From Catajapyx aquilonaris (lineage: Eukaryota), in NCBI GenBank assembly GCA_000934665.2, contig KZ538412.1:1-64000 (forward strand): a DNA stretch of 64,000 bases, in the 5' to 3' direction. Within the stretch, counting starts at the first letter, position 1. Every line of letters begins with the position of its first letter. A model generated the notes under the pieces. It worked only from the letters and a program-made list of their open reading frames with translations. It had not been told where the DNA came from and did no database searches. Positions 63,101-64,000 of this stretch are shown here, one piece after another. The position numbers and the translations under genes were made by a program.

Positions 63101-63562
63101 AATGTAGTCACCATCCAGGGTTCTTTATTGCGAGGAGGAGTGATGTAGGCTGCCCCATATTATTTTTTCATTAGAGCAGGTGTCATTTAGGGTGGGGGAG
63201 AAAGGCCCATATGTCACATACAGTATTCAGCAACATGTAAGATATACCATGGTATATGCTCTGGAGTGGACAGTTGTAAAATGATTCAATGAAGCTGTTA
63301 AAAGTTTTCTCAAATAAGCATAATCCTTTTAGATTGGAGAAGGCCTCTTGGCACGGTGAATTACAAACAATCAATCATGCTTATTGTAAGGGTTTAATTT
63401 AAGGAACAGTTATAGATGTCTGTATCAGTCACCCTGAGGTTTCAATCTGACATGACAGACTGGACAAACACTGGTCACTGCTGAGCCACCTTACCTGCCG
63501 CGCAGAGGAATGGTGAATTCTGACAGTTGAGATGCTAGTTGCAAAGATGAGTTCAGCAACAT
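60178..63562 (-). CDS. Candidate multi-exon gene of unknown function
   Basis: Candidate exons 63562-63495 (AG|gtaagg), 62722-~62590, 62554-~62443, ~60433-60264 (AG|gtgagg) and ~60200-60178 (GAG|gtgagt). Several junctions are phase-compatible, but one needs a weak donor or a very short intron. No family recognised. Confidence 0.3.
61081..61327 (-). mobile_element. Intact tRNA-Ser(GCT)-like SINE with (TAAA)n tail
   Basis: A box TTGGTGTGGTGG, anticodon arm GACTGCTAATC, B box GGTTCGAATCC; exact 18-bp TSD ATATTGCTCTAAAATTTA (61063-61080 and 61328-61345). Confidence 0.88.
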
Positions 63563-64000
63563 GACAATGCAGCAACATCAATGGACACTGTTCAATTCTG
63601 ATTCAGTTGACTACATTCAAAACTCAATAATACAGACTTGATGAATAGCATGGAATACAATTCAGTTAGGTTCAATGACAAATAAAATTGAATAAGAATG
63701 TAAACGAAGCAAATGAATGAATGGGCTGTAGAGTGGTAAGGAACTCCCACCCAATGGGCAGGTATGGCCATTCTTTTACCTACTACGAGATGAAAGCATA
63801 CTCTGTAATAAATATTTGCATTAAAACCAACTCCCTTCAGAAATTTCGATTTATTACATGATTTGCACTGCAACATCCATGCTCTTATTCAGTTCTGTAT
63901 AAATTGCAAATGGGAGGACAACCCATTTCATCTTTCTCTCAGCAAGAAACATACACCTGCTGCTTACCCAGCAACACACAAACAAAGCACCTAGTAGAGG

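Overview
Eukaryotic, most likely insect/arthropod, genomic DNA with spliced genes and two N gaps; no prokaryotic operons, CRISPR arrays or rRNA were seen. Exon chains were reconstructed by hand using splice consensus and reading-frame phase. Four genes are well supported: a GH18 chitinase (minus, 8 exons, 466 aa), mitochondrial-type NAD kinase NADK2 (minus, 4 coding exons over about 16.5 kb, about 431 aa), an SLC17/sialin-family MFS transporter (plus, 9 coding exons, 536 aa) and a PDZ + SIAH-like RING protein (plus). Three models are weaker: a Ser/Pro/Glu-rich orphan gene at 1.9-2.9 kb, a single-C2H2/Cys-tail exon at 43 kb, and candidate exons at 60-63.5 kb. Introns and intergenic DNA are crowded with non-autonomous elements, often nested: palindromic MITEs of Tc1/mariner, hAT, PIF/Harbinger, piggyBac and Kolobok type, tRNA-derived SINEs with clear TSDs, an RTE-like short retroelement and decayed Tc1/mariner transposases. 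The most notable observations are a TTAA-flanked Kolobok-like foldback element carrying a THAP-domain ORF, a Tc1/mariner derivative built from two 3' ends whose left arm preserves the empty site of an insertion in its right arm, two stop-free in-frame short introns (one GC-AG), and the PDZ-RING architecture. I cannot demonstrate a wholly new biological system from sequence alone.
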